Below, in pieces: positions 15,708 to 26,564 of a DNA stretch of 64,000 bases. The stretch is from NCBI GenBank assembly GCA_965208675.1, contig OZ242351.1, forward strand, positions 96,001 through 160,000, in the 5' to 3' direction. The stretch comes from Candidatus Poribacteria bacterium. Its GTDB lineage: Bacteria > Poribacteria > WGA-4E > PCPOR2b. Position 1 is the stretch's first letter. Each line of letters begins with the position of its first letter. Below the pieces are notes generated by a model. That model saw only the letters and a list, made by a program, of their open reading frames with translations. It ran no database searches and was not told the DNA's origin. Made by a program: the position numbers and the translations under genes.

Positions 15708-17519
15708 ATGCAGTCTGCTTCTGCTGAAGAAACCATTCAACGACTAGTCCTCAATCTGTCTGAACTCGAACATCTCGGTGAGGCAATTGTTTCCGGCCAG
15801 GGCAACTTTAGTGCGTCGAGTCAAGCCTATCTACGGATAGTCCTTGAAACGTTGGGTGTGGCAAACGGGGCAATTTTACGCTTCCATCCGAATGCTAACG
15901 AACTTACCATCGAATCGTCAATCAATGTCGATGATGATTCACTCGTGATTTCGGTGCATCCCGGTGAGATTGCCGCCATGATTCAGTTTCCGGTTCTCGA
16001 TCTGTCACGCCCGCCGCTTGTCTTGGAGCCGTTTTTTGATGCTATTCAACCTCAGTTGAAGCTACTTGGCGCCCATCTATGGGCTCCATTAAAAATTGGC
16101 GAGGAATGTTTTGGCGTTATCAGTTTAGGTGCATCTCCCACCCGCATCAAAATGGCATCATGGAGCAGGAAACTTGTGAATGTGCTTGCCGACTATGTCT
16201 CAAGGCAGATTGCACATTCGCGGGCGCTGGAAGAGATGAAAACTGCCAAGTTTCAGCTCTTTCTGCTTTCCGATATCGCCGCACAGATGGGCAAGTTGTT
16301 GGATACGGCGCACCTTGAGAGTGAAATAGTGCACCACGCTGTCAGTCTCTTTGACGCACGCGGCGGTTGTTTACTGCTTATGGATTCAATGAGCCAACGG
16401 CTCGAGATGAAAAGCAGCTTTGTTATGGAGGCAGAATCCAATCCTGAATGGGAAGACCTTTCGATTTCACTTCAAGGCAATGGAGAAGTTCATCCCGCGG
16501 TTTCCCTGCTCCGCGGAGTCGCGGCGCAAGGTAAAACGCTCATTCGCAACCGCGAAAAAGAAGCGGAGTTTTTCGGCGGAAAAAATCTCATGGTGGTGCC
16601 GATTTTTGGACGTGAGATTCTGGGCGTATTGGTTGTTTATGATAAGGAAGAGCAGCACGGAGTTACGGCAGACTTTACGCAACGAGATGGGATTTTGTTG
16701 GAAGCCTTCGCCAATCAGGCAGGGGTCGTCATAGAAAATGCGCGGCTGTATCAAGAAGCTAGAGAACGCCGCCGGCTACAAACAGAAATTGAGGAAGCGT
16801 CAAAAATACAGAAAAATCTCATCCCCGCCACGCCGCCGGAAATCCCCGGTTACGAGGTCGTCGGATTGAGTGTTCCCCACCACGATGAAGTTGGCGGAGA
16901 TTATTACGATTATATTGAAGAACCAAATGGATCGTGGGGTTTTGCGGTTGCTGATGTTTGTGGAAAAGGCATGCAAGCCGCGCTGCTTATGGCGATGCTT
17001 CGGATGGGACTGCGTGCAGAGGTAGCTAGACACAAAGATTTGCGGTCAATGGCGGCAGCGCTCAATGCGCTGCTTTATGAAGGGAGTACCGCGGACACCT
17101 ATGCTACCCTTGTTTACGCGAGGTTGGATCCGGCACGGGGGTTGCTCACTTCTATCAGCGCGGGGCATAACCTCGCGATGGTTGTCCGTCGCGACGGCAA
17201 AATTGAACGACTGGAGAAGGGTGGTCTGGTTATAGGAATGTATCCTGATGACATGCTTCGTCAAATTGTAGAATATGAACAGGAAACAACACTACTGTCG
17301 CGTGGAGACACGGTTCTGCTTTACACTGATGGAATTACCGACACCCTTAACATCCACGATGAGATGTTTGGAGAAGCGCGCTTAGTTGAACTGGTAGTGG
17401 AGCGGCGCAATGCAACCGCCAACGATATTTGCGCGGAAATTTACAACGCTGTACAAAATTTCCAAGGGGAAGCGAATCCATTCGACGATTTAACGCTGAT
17501 GGTTCTCAAGAGAAAGTGA
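15708..17519 (+). CDS. GAF-GAF-PP2C phosphatase, paralogue 2
   Basis: Collinear with 13215-15014 (MQxxSAEETIQRL start); GGDYYD, ADVCGKG, YTDG, DDLT. Confidence 0.93.
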   Translation: MQSASAEETIQRLVLNLSELEHLGEAIVSGQGNFSASSQAYLRIVLETLGVANGAILRFHPNANELTIESSINVDDDSLVISVHPGEIAAMIQFPVLDLSRPPLVLEPFFDAIQPQLKLLGAHLWAPLKIGEECFGVISLGASPTRIKMASWSRKLVNVLADYVSRQIAHSRALEEMKTAKFQLFLLSDIAAQMGKLLDTAHLESEIVHHAVSLFDARGGCLLLMDSMSQRLEMKSSFVMEAESNPEWEDLSISLQGNGEVHPAVSLLRGVAAQGKTLIRNREKEAEFFGGKNLMVVPIFGREILGVLVVYDKEEQHGVTADFTQRDGILLEAFANQAGVVIENARLYQEARERRRLQTEIEEASKIQKNLIPATPPEIPGYEVVGLSVPHHDEVGGDYYDYIEEPNGSWGFAVADVCGKGMQAALLMAMLRMGLRAEVARHKDLRSMAAALNALLYEGSTADTYATLVYARLDPARGLLTSISAGHNLAMVVRRDGKIERLEKGGLVIGMYPDDMLRQIVEYEQETTLLSRGDTVLLYTDGITDTLNIHDEMFGEARLVELVVERRNATANDICAEIYNAVQNFQGEANPFDDLTLMVLKRK

Positions 17520-17603
17520 CCATCAGCAGTCGGAGGCTCATTCACGGGCTGATTCTAAATTGACCGCATTTGAAATTGCGTCGTTCGCAATGCGGAGGGC
17601 ACT

Positions 17604-19841
17604 ATGGATAGAGATGTTTCTAAACGCATGCAGAAGTCTATTATTGCGTATTCTGCATTAGGAATTTGCGCGATCGGCTTGATCGTTTCATTCATCAGCA
17701 TCTCCTCGTTTTATCAAAAACTCAAGGAATTAGCGGAAAATAATCTCGTCCAGACGGTAGATGCCCGAGGTATAGCCGTTGATGAATATCTGTCTCGTTT
17801 GAAAGATATCGCCCAACTAATTACTAGCCAAACCGAAGCGCGCGAAAAACTTGAAGCATACAGCAACGGGGAGGTGAAGCGGGAAGAATTGACCCGTTTT
17901 ACCGGAATCACATTGAATAATGCCATGCAAACATCAGAGCTAGTGGACGGCATCGTTCGGATCGATGCAAATGGTGAATCCATCGTTCGTGTCGGGTTGC
18001 AGATACCGGAAAACGAGTGGCCCTCATACGCTGGAAGATTCAGACGCATGATTGTTCACGGTCCAGTGTCCTTGTATGGCGAACCCTACGTAATTGTCAG
18101 CGCGCCTATTTTTGGGGTAGAAGCAGAACGTATCGGTACTGACTTGGTACTGTTCAAAATGTCTGCCTTGCAGAAACTAGTAAAAGATTACGCCGGACTG
18201 GGAGAGACCGGAGAAATTATTCTGGGGCGGTACAAAACTCGCGGAATTGAAATATTCTTCCCCATGCGGGGGAGTGAAAGCACACTCGTTGAAGATGTCC
18301 CCAAGGATTCCTCGATTGGGATCGCGCTCAAAGCTGCCGCGGGAGGAAGTTTTGGCGTGATCGGTCCTGATAATTTTCCAAATAGCCTGGTCGTTATTGC
18401 CTATAGTCCCGTTAATGATACAGAATGGGGTATTCTTGCAAAGATGGATAAGGATGAGCACTTATCGGAAATCAATCGCAGAATCCTTGAAATCGGCAGC
18501 GTCATTATAGGTCTCACCTTAGTCGGCACCTGCGGAATGGTGCTGCTGCTTCGTCCGCTTACAGGCAGGATTATCATCCATACTGATGAGTTGGAGACCG
18601 AGATTGAAGAAAAGACCGTGGATTTGCAAAATGAAATTGAGGAACGCAAAAAGACCGAAGCGGCGCTCGTTCGATTAGCCTCTTTGCCCGAACAGAGTCC
18701 CGATCCTGTTATCGAAACCGACCTTAAAGGAAAAGTGAACTATCTCAACCCGGCTGCACAACTACAATTTGCGAGTTTGGATGAGATTGGACTTGAACAC
18801 CCGACACTGGAGGGATTGCAGCCAATCATAGCCTCATTTCACGGTGATAAAGAGGAATCCTTCACCCGTGAGATTGATCTTGGCAGTCTCGTATACGTGC
18901 AGAAAATCTGCCATGTTTCGGACAGTCACCTAATCCGAATCTATATGACCGACATTTCAGATCGCAAGTGGGCTGAAGCGGAATTGCAAGGGGCAAAGGA
19001 AGCTGCCGAATATGCCAACCGCGCCAAGAGTGAATTCCTCACAAATATGAGCCATGAACTTCGCACCCCGCTAAACGCCATCATCGGATTTTCAGAGATT
19101 TTGAGAGATGCCATTCTCGGTCCCGTAAACGAAAGTCAGGAAGAGCTGATTCGCGACATACACACCAGCGGGCACCACCTTTTGGATATGATTAACGGGA
19201 TTTTGGATTTGGCAAAAATCGAAGCGGGAAAAATGGATTTACAGCTGGAGATGTTTTCCGTCGAGATGGCGATGGCAGAGGTGAATGCAATCGTTAATGC
19301 AATCGCAAACAAAAAACAGATTGAACCCGCGCTTGAATTCGATCAAGATGTCTCAATAGAAGCGGACAAGGTCAAATTCAAACAAATTCTCTACAATTTG
19401 CTTTCAAACGCTATCAAATTCACCGGTGAACGCGGTCAAGTTACCACGAGATTTAGCGTCTCTGAAAATGAGCTGGTGACTCAAGTGACCGATACTGGAG
19501 TAGGCATGTCGCCGGAGGATCAAGCAAAGTTGTTTCAACCATTCATGCAACTTGATGCCTCCAAGTCCCGCGAATATAGCGGAAGCGGATTGGGACTCGC
19601 CTTAACCAAAAGATTGGTGGAAATTCATGGCGGGACAATTTCGGTTGAGAGTGAAAAAGGAAAGGGGAGCACCTTTCAGTTTACACTCCCTTTGAGTCAA
19701 ATGTCAAAGTCACCGCAGCCTGCAACGGTCGAATTTTCTGCATCAATTCACAGTGATGACACAGTTCACGCCCAAGATGAGAACAGAACAGCGGCCCCCG
19801 CATCGGAGTCTGTTGAATTTTCAGATAACGAAGAGCGTTAA
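17604..19841 (+). CDS. Membrane sensor histidine kinase (Cache-like, PAS, HisKA, HATPase)
   Basis: Two TM segments; [11 protein letters not shown]-box, [21 protein letters not shown]. Confidence 0.94.
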   Translation: MDRDVSKRMQKSIIAYSALGICAIGLIVSFISISSFYQKLKELAENNLVQTVDARGIAVDEYLSRLKDIAQLITSQTEAREKLEAYSNGEVKREELTRFTGITLNNAMQTSELVDGIVRIDANGESIVRVGLQIPENEWPSYAGRFRRMIVHGPVSLYGEPYVIVSAPIFGVEAERIGTDLVLFKMSALQKLVKDYAGLGETGEIILGRYKTRGIEIFFPMRGSESTLVEDVPKDSSIGIALKAAAGGSFGVIGPDNFPNSLVVIAYSPVNDTEWGILAKMDKDEHLSEINRRILEIGSVIIGLTLVGTCGMVLLLRPLTGRIIIHTDELETEIEEKTVDLQNEIEERKKTEAALVRLASLPEQSPDPVIETDLKGKVNYLNPAAQLQFASLDEIGLEHPTLEGLQPIIASFHGDKEESFTREIDLGSLVYVQKICHVSDSHLIRIYMTDISDRKWAEAELQGAKEAAEYANRAKSEFLTNMSHELRTPLNAIIGFSEILRDAILGPVNESQEELIRDIHTSGHHLLDMINGILDLAKIEAGKMDLQLEMFSVEMAMAEVNAIVNAIANKKQIEPALEFDQDVSIEADKVKFKQILYNLLSNAIKFTGERGQVTTRFSVSENELVTQVTDTGVGMSPEDQAKLFQPFMQLDASKSREYSGSGLGLALTKRLVEIHGGTISVESEKGKGSTFQFTLPLSQMSKSPQPATVEFSASIHSDDTVHAQDENRTAAPASESVEFSDNEER

Positions 19842-19922
19842 TACAAATTTGATACCGATAATTTGATTGCCGGACCTGCAAGCCATGTTCGGAAAACCAG
19901 ATGGGAAGGAGAACTCCTGCTC

Positions 19923-20300
19923 ATGAGTGCCAAGCGCGTATTAGTGGTCGAAGATGTTGAAATGAATCGTAAGCTCGTGCGAATCGTATTGACGACAAAG
20001 GGTTATGAAGTGATTGAAGCCACGCATGCGGAAGAGGCACTCGAAATCCTGCAAACCGAGGTGCCCGATTTGATTCTGATGGACATCGCTCTGCCCGGAA
20101 TAAGCGGAGAAGAATTGACGCGCCAGATAAAAGCTGATCCGCGGTGGTGTCATGTGCCAATCATCGCTTTAACTGCGGCGGCAATGAAAGGCGATCGAGA
20201 ACAGTTTCTCAGTGCGGGCTGTAACGATTATATCAGCAAGCCGATTGATACGCACGCCCTTGGAGATATAATAGATCGGTATCTCTTAAAGGAATTCTAG
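19923..20300 (+). CDS. Single-domain response regulator (DivK-like)
   Basis: VLVVED, ILMDIALPG, ALTA, YISKP. Confidence 0.92.
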   Translation: MSAKRVLVVEDVEMNRKLVRIVLTTKGYEVIEATHAEEALEILQTEVPDLILMDIALPGISGEELTRQIKADPRWCHVPIIALTAAAMKGDREQFLSAGCNDYISKPIDTHALGDIIDRYLLKEF

Positions 20301-20304
20301 TGTA

Positions 20305-21483
20305 ATGAAAGAACCTAGCCCAAAAATTCTCGTTGTTGACGATGAACCCAGAAATATCCGGGTGCTTCAAATTCTACTTGAGGCAAAAGGGTACACTGTT
20401 ATCACCGCAGAGAATGGACAAGAAGCGCTAGACCATGTAAAAGCCGGCCCTCCGGATCTGATTTTGCTGGATATTATGATGCCGCGGATGAACGGTTTTG
20501 AGGTCTGTCAAAGGATTCGTGCGGATGAAGACGCTAAATTCGTTCCAATTGTAATGGTTACCGCACTGACAGAAGCTCATGACCGAATCAAAGCCATTGA
20601 GGTCGGAGCCGACGATTTTATCTCTAAACCGTTTGACAGTTACGAAATTATCGCCCGTGCGCGCTCCCTGTTGCGCGTCAAACAATACCACGACGCACTC
20701 AAACAAGCCAATCAAAAACTCGCAGAGCACAATGCCCGCTTGGATATGGAATTGCAAATGGCGCAAGAGGTGCAGGCGAGCCTGATGCCGCAACGAATCA
20801 CGAATATGGCAGGGTTTCAAATTGTCTCCCACTATTCGCCAGAAATCGCCGTGGGAGGCGACTTTTTCGACCTGTGGGAGGTGGGGCCAGGTAAATTGGG
20901 AGTCTTAATCTCCGATGTGATGGGACACGGCGTGCCCGCCGCTTTCGTTACCGTGTTCATCAAGACTATTGTGGAGGAAATGAGGGAACAGACCGATGAT
21001 CCCGGACAGATACTAGAAGTGTTAAACTCACGTTTCGACAAATCCATTAGCTTAGAATTGGCAATTTTCGCTACAGCTTTCTGTGCGGTTATAGATCAAT
21101 CCGACCAAACGATTCGCTGGGCGAATGCGGGGCATCCCTTCCCATTTCTTATCCGTCGAGGACAGGGCGTCTGTGAAACCGTTGAAAACGACTCCATCGG
21201 TGAAGGGTTGGGAATCCTGTCCGATTCAATCTATCACACGTTTCACGTTCCTTTCAATCCGTCGGACGGTTTGTTTCTTTACACTGACGGTGCGCATGAA
21301 CTTCAGAATTCCCAAGGCGAGGAATTTAGTCCGGAACGCCTTCAGGACGTTCTCGTCGAACAAAACTCAAACCCTGCAACGGTTCTTGTGGATAGAGTCG
21401 TGCAGGCAATCGATCAGTTTAGCGCGGGAATACCAAGGGAAGATGACGTTACAATCGTAGCGATAGATGCGAATGCTGGATAA
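20305..21483 (+). CDS. REC-PP2C fused response regulator/phosphatase
   Basis: ILVVDD...LLDIMMP...SKP; GGDFFD, SDVMGHG, YTDG, DDVT. Confidence 0.93.
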   Translation: MKEPSPKILVVDDEPRNIRVLQILLEAKGYTVITAENGQEALDHVKAGPPDLILLDIMMPRMNGFEVCQRIRADEDAKFVPIVMVTALTEAHDRIKAIEVGADDFISKPFDSYEIIARARSLLRVKQYHDALKQANQKLAEHNARLDMELQMAQEVQASLMPQRITNMAGFQIVSHYSPEIAVGGDFFDLWEVGPGKLGVLISDVMGHGVPAAFVTVFIKTIVEEMREQTDDPGQILEVLNSRFDKSISLELAIFATAFCAVIDQSDQTIRWANAGHPFPFLIRRGQGVCETVENDSIGEGLGILSDSIYHTFHVPFNPSDGLFLYTDGAHELQNSQGEEFSPERLQDVLVEQNSNPATVLVDRVVQAIDQFSAGIPREDDVTIVAIDANAG

Positions 21484-21590
21484 TGTGTACGTTGGGCATA
21501 CTTTACCCTCACGTGCACTATTAGGAAGAATTCCTTTATCACACCTAAAGCGCATCTTCGTCGTGTCCCGTGGAGGAATTCACAGTCTGA

Positions 21591-22046
21591 TTACATGGTA
21601 TGATACACTGAATCAGGTATTACTACGAGCGAAAACGTGATACGAACATCGGTGCCGCCGTGAGGATTGGGTTGCATCTCCATGTGGTCTGAGAGTTTTT
21701 TCGCAAGATAAACGCCGTGGCCGCGATCGGTACCGGGCGTTCGATTTGTAAGAAAATCATCAACCCATCCTTCGGTAAGCCAGTCGTTTTCGGAGTCTTG
21801 TCCTTTATCTCGAACCAAAACCTCTAGTTGGCTTGAGTCGCAATGAAATGTTAAATCAATTCCTGCGGTTTCGCTGGGCGATCCGTGCTCAATTGCATTA
21901 CTGCACACTTCATCGATAACCGATGTTATATCATTCATGCGTGTCTGAGAAAAACCGATTTGTTGAGCCAACCGCCTTGCAAATGCCAGAATAGAACTCA
22001 CGTACAAGAGGCGACTGGGCATCTTGAGGTCAATGTACTCTTGCAT
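21591..22046 (-). CDS. RsbW/SpoIIAB-like anti-sigma Ser/Thr kinase
   Basis: EVCSNAIEHG N-box, DKG, RGHGVYL. Confidence 0.9.
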   Translation of the reverse strand: MQEYIDLKMPSRLLYVSSILAFARRLAQQIGFSQTRMNDITSVIDEVCSNAIEHGSPSETAGIDLTFHCDSSQLEVLVRDKGQDSENDWLTEGWVDDFLTNRTPGTDRGHGVYLAKKLSDHMEMQPNPHGGTDVRITFSLVVIPDSVYHTM

Positions 22047-22244
22047 TTTTTTCCTGTCCTTGGGTTTTTATTTTGAGATGGTTAATGTATTCAATAGAGG
22101 CTCGGCATAGAATCGTACCCTCTGTGCTAAGCCCTAGACTGAATAGTTCAAACGCTAACGTGACAAAAGCGGAATCCAAATCAATCCGCTGCAATCTGCC
22201 GCAACATCCTTGACTGAAACCAGAATTGGAGGCAGCCAGAGGTA

Positions 22245-22589
22245 CTATTTAAAACCAGCTAGCGCGCTGGTCTCCGATTCATAAAGTTCGAGAACTCTGG
22301 ATGCGCCAATCATATCGAACGTCCGCTTGATATGATCAGCAGTTCCGAAAACCTTAAGGTCTCCACTTTTCTGGCGTAGCCGCTTTGCAACGCCAACTAA
22401 TGCGCCGACTGCGGTACTGTTGATATGTTGAACTCCGTTCAAATTGACAACAATTTTCTCGGCTTCCTGACCAATCAACTCCTGAAGCCCTCTCCGTAGT
22501 TCGGCAGCCTCATAGCTTCCAAGGTCGGTGTTGACATCAACGATTATTACGTCTGAATCTTCACGCAAGGTTAAAGATTTCGTTGGCAT
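22245..22589 (-). CDS. STAS anti-sigma factor antagonist 2
   Basis: IVVNLNGVQHINSTAVGALV. Confidence 0.9.
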   Translation of the reverse strand: MPTKSLTLREDSDVIIVDVNTDLGSYEAAELRRGLQELIGQEAEKIVVNLNGVQHINSTAVGALVGVAKRLRQKSGDLKVFGTADHIKRTFDMIGASRVLELYESETSALAGFK

Positions 22590-22777
22590 AACGAAGACAT
22601 CTGCTCCTTTCAATTGGTGTGCTCTTGAGTACACCCCATGCAAAATTGATGGTTGTACCTAAATGTCCCTCAAGAGGTAAATTAGTGATTTCTCAGAATT
22701 TGGATGGCTAACGATTAGGATTAAAAGATAACATTTTACAAAAAAAAATGCAAGAAATTTAATTGCAAGAGGATATA

Positions 22778-23542
22778 ATGAAATTTGGAGACAATTGCTG
22801 GGTTGACATTCAACAAGCGGATAAGAATAAGATTGTCGTGATACCGCTCGGATCGATGGAACAACATGGTCATCACTCTCCGCTTTTAACTGATACATAT
22901 CTTGTGACGGAAGTTGCGGTACGGGTGGAAGAACATCTCGGCGAGCAAATCTACATGCTGCCGACGATGTGGCTCGGTGCATCGGATCATCATTTGGATT
23001 TACCCGGCACCGTAAGCGTTACAAACAGCGTCTACACCGCTATAATCAAAAACATCGTTAGGTCAATCGCCCAAGCGGGCTTTCGCCGACTTGTCTTTCT
23101 TAACGGTCATGGCGGAAATGTCACGCCCGGCACGCAAGCGATCACGGAACTTACTAACGAGTCTGACGTTTACAACGACATGTGGATAGCACTATCTTCT
23201 TACTGGACGGTAGCTGCACCGGCGATTTCGCCGGAAAATCACGGTATGCAGACCAAAAAGCTTACGCATGCTTGCGAATATGAAACTTCTATGATGTTGT
23301 TCCTGCATGGCGAAATAATGCGAATGGATCGAGTCGAGTCAAGTCCTCCGTTAATCAATTCTCCGTTTTTCCACAGCGAACATGGCGGACGCCTCAATGT
23401 CGCAAAACGGATGGCAACACGCACGCCAACTGGGGCAATGGGTGAACCGCAATATGCAACACCGGAAAAGGGCGAATCACTCCTGAATGCCATCACTGAT
23501 GAGGTGATTGCTTGTATCGAGGATTTTGCAACTTGGTCGTAG
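22778..23542 (+). CDS. Creatininase / creatinine amidohydrolase family
   Basis: GSMEQHGHHSPLLTD, NGHGGN, HACEYETS. Confidence 0.92.
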   Translation: MKFGDNCWVDIQQADKNKIVVIPLGSMEQHGHHSPLLTDTYLVTEVAVRVEEHLGEQIYMLPTMWLGASDHHLDLPGTVSVTNSVYTAIIKNIVRSIAQAGFRRLVFLNGHGGNVTPGTQAITELTNESDVYNDMWIALSSYWTVAAPAISPENHGMQTKKLTHACEYETSMMLFLHGEIMRMDRVESSPPLINSPFFHSEHGGRLNVAKRMATRTPTGAMGEPQYATPEKGESLLNAITDEVIACIEDFATWS

Positions 23543-23642
23543 TCAACACGTAATCGCAGTTATATTGAGAACGACTCATTTCGACGCAACGTAGTTTCAA
23601 CTGTCAACTTTTACCGAATCCGCAAACGGCTACAACACCTTT

Positions 23643-24137
23643 ATGAACAAGCTGACTCATTTTGACCAAGAAGGTCGCGCTCGAATGGTCGATATCACTC
23701 CGAAATCCGAAACACTGCGGGTAGCCGTGGCGCGCGGCCATATTTCCGCCAAACCGGAGACAATCCGATTAATCGCTGAACATAGCATTGCAAAAGGGGA
23801 TGTCCTTGAGACAGCGCGGCTCGCAGGCATCACGAGCGCCAAGCGTACGGGAGATTTGATTCCGCTCTGCCATCCGATACCGCTGACGGCTGTCAGAGTA
23901 GATCTGTCGATCAACGAAGCGGAATGCCGGATCGAGATTGAGGCAGAGGTGCGAACCATCGGTCGTACTGGGGTGGAAATGGAATCTTTAACCGCCGTTT
24001 CGGTTGCTGGTTTGACTGTCTATGACATGTGTAAAGCGGTCGATCGAGAGATGGTTATCTCCGATGTTCGGTTAATCAAAAAAGTTGGCGGCAAAAGCGG
24101 GTCGTTTACTCGCGGTGATTGCGGCGCGGATTACTGA
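23643..24137 (+). CDS. moaC: Cyclic pyranopterin monophosphate synthase
   Basis: LTHFD...MVD, KGDVL, LIPLCHP, TGVEMES, YDMCKAVD. Confidence 0.97.
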   Translation: MNKLTHFDQEGRARMVDITPKSETLRVAVARGHISAKPETIRLIAEHSIAKGDVLETARLAGITSAKRTGDLIPLCHPIPLTAVRVDLSINEAECRIEIEAEVRTIGRTGVEMESLTAVSVAGLTVYDMCKAVDREMVISDVRLIKKVGGKSGSFTRGDCGADY

Positions 24138-25030
24138 TGACCCCGGCTTTTGTTTTTCTGGTTCTACTTTCTGCCTGCATTCACGCCCTGTGGAACTGCT
24201 TCAGTAAAGCCAGCCGTTCACCGCAAATCTTCTTCTTCTGGACCGGTGTATTTACTGCAACAATTGCAATTGTCATCTTTGTGGTTCGGCAGCCAACTAT
24301 CCCCCCGTCCGTTCAATTGTACGTCGCCGCGTCCGGGTTGGTTCATTCCGTATACTGGTATTCATTGAGCCAAGCCTACTCGTCAGGCGATGTGTCCTAT
24401 GTCTACCCTATCGCTCGATCGGCACCAGGGTTTGTACCTCTATTTGCGTACCTGTTTTTGCACGAGGCAATCTCAGCCCGAGGTCTGATTGGTATCCTCT
24501 GCGTGGTATTCTCCATTTATCTGTTTCAACAAGGAGGCGGCCGCTTACAGCTTTACGATCTCATCCGGCGTATTGGACAACGAGATGCAATTTGGGCGAT
24601 TTCAACGCTTGGCACGGTAATTACTTATTCGCTGATTGACAAGAAGGGTATGTCCGAATTCCATGCCGCCGGCACAACCCAACTCGCTGTTTGGCACGCC
24701 GTAAGCTACTATTTGACACAAGCGGCAATTTCCGCCGTATTTTACGGTGTGTTTACCTTTCGGCGTTTTGAAAAGCGGGAAATTACGGATATCGCACGGA
24801 GAGAGTGGAGGACAATCATTTTGGCATGCTGGTTGGTACTCATTTCTTACACGATAATTCTATATACATTTATCACGCAAAAAGTGAGTTATGTCGTGGC
24901 AATTCGTCAGAGTTCCGTGATTTTTGCCGTGTGGTTGGGAGCCTATGTGTTAAAGGAATCCAATGCAAAATTGAGATTCGCCGCGGCCGGCGTGATGGTT
25001 GTCGGCGTGTTTTTAATCTCGACAGCGTGA
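24137..25030 (+). CDS. EamA/DMT family transporter
   Basis: About 10 TM helices; HALWN, DVSYVYPIARSAP; coupled to moaC via TGATG. Confidence 0.88.
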   Translation: MTPAFVFLVLLSACIHALWNCFSKASRSPQIFFFWTGVFTATIAIVIFVVRQPTIPPSVQLYVAASGLVHSVYWYSLSQAYSSGDVSYVYPIARSAPGFVPLFAYLFLHEAISARGLIGILCVVFSIYLFQQGGGRLQLYDLIRRIGQRDAIWAISTLGTVITYSLIDKKGMSEFHAAGTTQLAVWHAVSYYLTQAAISAVFYGVFTFRRFEKREITDIARREWRTIILACWLVLISYTIILYTFITQKVSYVVAIRQSSVIFAVWLGAYVLKESNAKLRFAAAGVMVVGVFLISTA

Positions 25031-25061
25031 ATTTTCGGTAGGTTGAAAAATTGGTGAGCAT

Positions 25062-25727
25062 TCAGAACGGAAGGGATTTAATAGTATCCCCTATCCAATC
25101 ATTCACTAAAAAATCTACGCGTTGAATCAGCAACGAAACACGCCCCATCACAGTATTGCCGAACGCTGAACCAAATCCGACCATCAGGAATACAATTCCA
25201 ACTTTGGAAATCCCGCCGACAACTCCGCGATGTTCGACCGAGAAAAAGAAATAGGTCAGAGTCGCAACGACTCCAATGAACATTAGTATTGCGCCAAAAA
25301 TTTCAAACGGACCTAGTTTTCCAGCGTAAATCTGCGCGAACGGCACGAGTGTTCCATGAAGCTGACGAAAAATACTTGCATCCATTACATTGGGGATTGC
25401 CAAACCAGAACCTACGCCGATTAGGATTGCGAACGGATATCGAATTATCCATGCGTGTTTTGGAACGAGGCGCGCAAAAAACATCAGGCCAATTGCAATA
25501 GGGATGAGTTTCAGTAAACCTGCAGGCTCCCGCTCCGTCACCGCCTTCCAGAATGGATTCCACGCAAAAGGAATCAACCCATCATGGATTGAAAGTACGA
25601 TGCCGTAGCCTACCGAAACTCCGAGGAAAAGATGCTCGGCGAATCGATAAAATGGATTGTCACGGTAAAGGAAACTGTAGATGCAGAGTGTGAGAAATGC
25701 GGCTACCCAAACACCAAATAATTCCAT
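25062..25727 (-). CDS. Uncharacterised multi-TM membrane protein (gene 4 of the four-gene operon)
   Basis: SFLYRDNPFYRFAEHLFLG and FGSAFGNTVMGR segments; hydrophobic throughout. Confidence 0.8.
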   Translation of the reverse strand: MELFGVWVAAFLTLCIYSFLYRDNPFYRFAEHLFLGVSVGYGIVLSIHDGLIPFAWNPFWKAVTEREPAGLLKLIPIAIGLMFFARLVPKHAWIIRYPFAILIGVGSGLAIPNVMDASIFRQLHGTLVPFAQIYAGKLGPFEIFGAILMFIGVVATLTYFFFSVEHRGVVGGISKVGIVFLMVGFGSAFGNTVMGRVSLLIQRVDFLVNDWIGDTIKSLPF

Positions 25728-25743
25728 ACGCAACCCTCCAGGT

Positions 25744-26559
25744 TTATTGTTCTTTGCGGCGCCGAATAAAAAATGCCATATTGCCGAAAATTACCAATAC
25801 GACGATTAGCAGGTGCACAAAAGATTGAACGCTCATTCCTTCGGTCCCCTTCTCGGGTGTGTTAATCAGTTTTTCGTATTCCGCCGCTCCTAAGAGTCCA
25901 GGCATCAGTCCCACCAACTGCTTCGTTTGGAGATAGGGATACAACTCCGATACCATCACACCGGTCACGCCCGCAGCAATCTGTTGGTTATACCGCGTAT
26001 TCGTGTAAGTAATCCACCAAGCCGGTGATGAAGATGACGCCAGGTCTAAAACCAAGTCTATCTGATCATAGTTTTTGATGTCTGCCATCATGGGTATGTC
26101 TCGCAACGGCTTATCGGCATAGTCGCGCTCGTAAACACTTTCGATTGAACTGCCCATACCGAGAAGTACTTGTATCCTGCCGGGGCGATATCCCAAATAC
26201 ACATATTCTTTACCGTTTACCGCGCCTGTTTCTTCCGCGACGTCTTTTATAACTTCATCTCCCAACGTTGCTCCATCCGGAAAAAGCGTCAAACCGATAA
26301 CGCGAAGCCCCTTCTTAAAGCAGTGCCGCAATACAGCGGCCGCCATTGGTTCTAGTTCCGCTAGCGATGAGGGGCCATAGTTAAACGCCATCAAAACGGT
26401 GGCGTTCGGTGGAAGTTCTTCAATGTAGTTGTAAATTTGGCGTGTCGGATCTGAGACTGTGATGGGAAAACTGACTTTTAAGAATGTCGGGATGATTACC
26501 GCGAGTGCTACCAAAATGAATATAATTCGTCGATCGATATTCATCAATCTTTGAAGCAT
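25744..26559 (-). CDS. Uncharacterised protein: TM, soluble alpha/beta domain, TM (gene 3)
   Basis: Terminal TM segments; ELEPM, YLGYRPG, GLLGAAEYE. Confidence 0.8.
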   Translation of the reverse strand: MLQRLMNIDRRIIFILVALAVIIPTFLKVSFPITVSDPTRQIYNYIEELPPNATVLMAFNYGPSSLAELEPMAAAVLRHCFKKGLRVIGLTLFPDGATLGDEVIKDVAEETGAVNGKEYVYLGYRPGRIQVLLGMGSSIESVYERDYADKPLRDIPMMADIKNYDQIDLVLDLASSSSPAWWITYTNTRYNQQIAAGVTGVMVSELYPYLQTKQLVGLMPGLLGAAEYEKLINTPEKGTEGMSVQSFVHLLIVVLVIFGNMAFFIRRRKEQ

Positions 26560-26564
26560 CGCCT

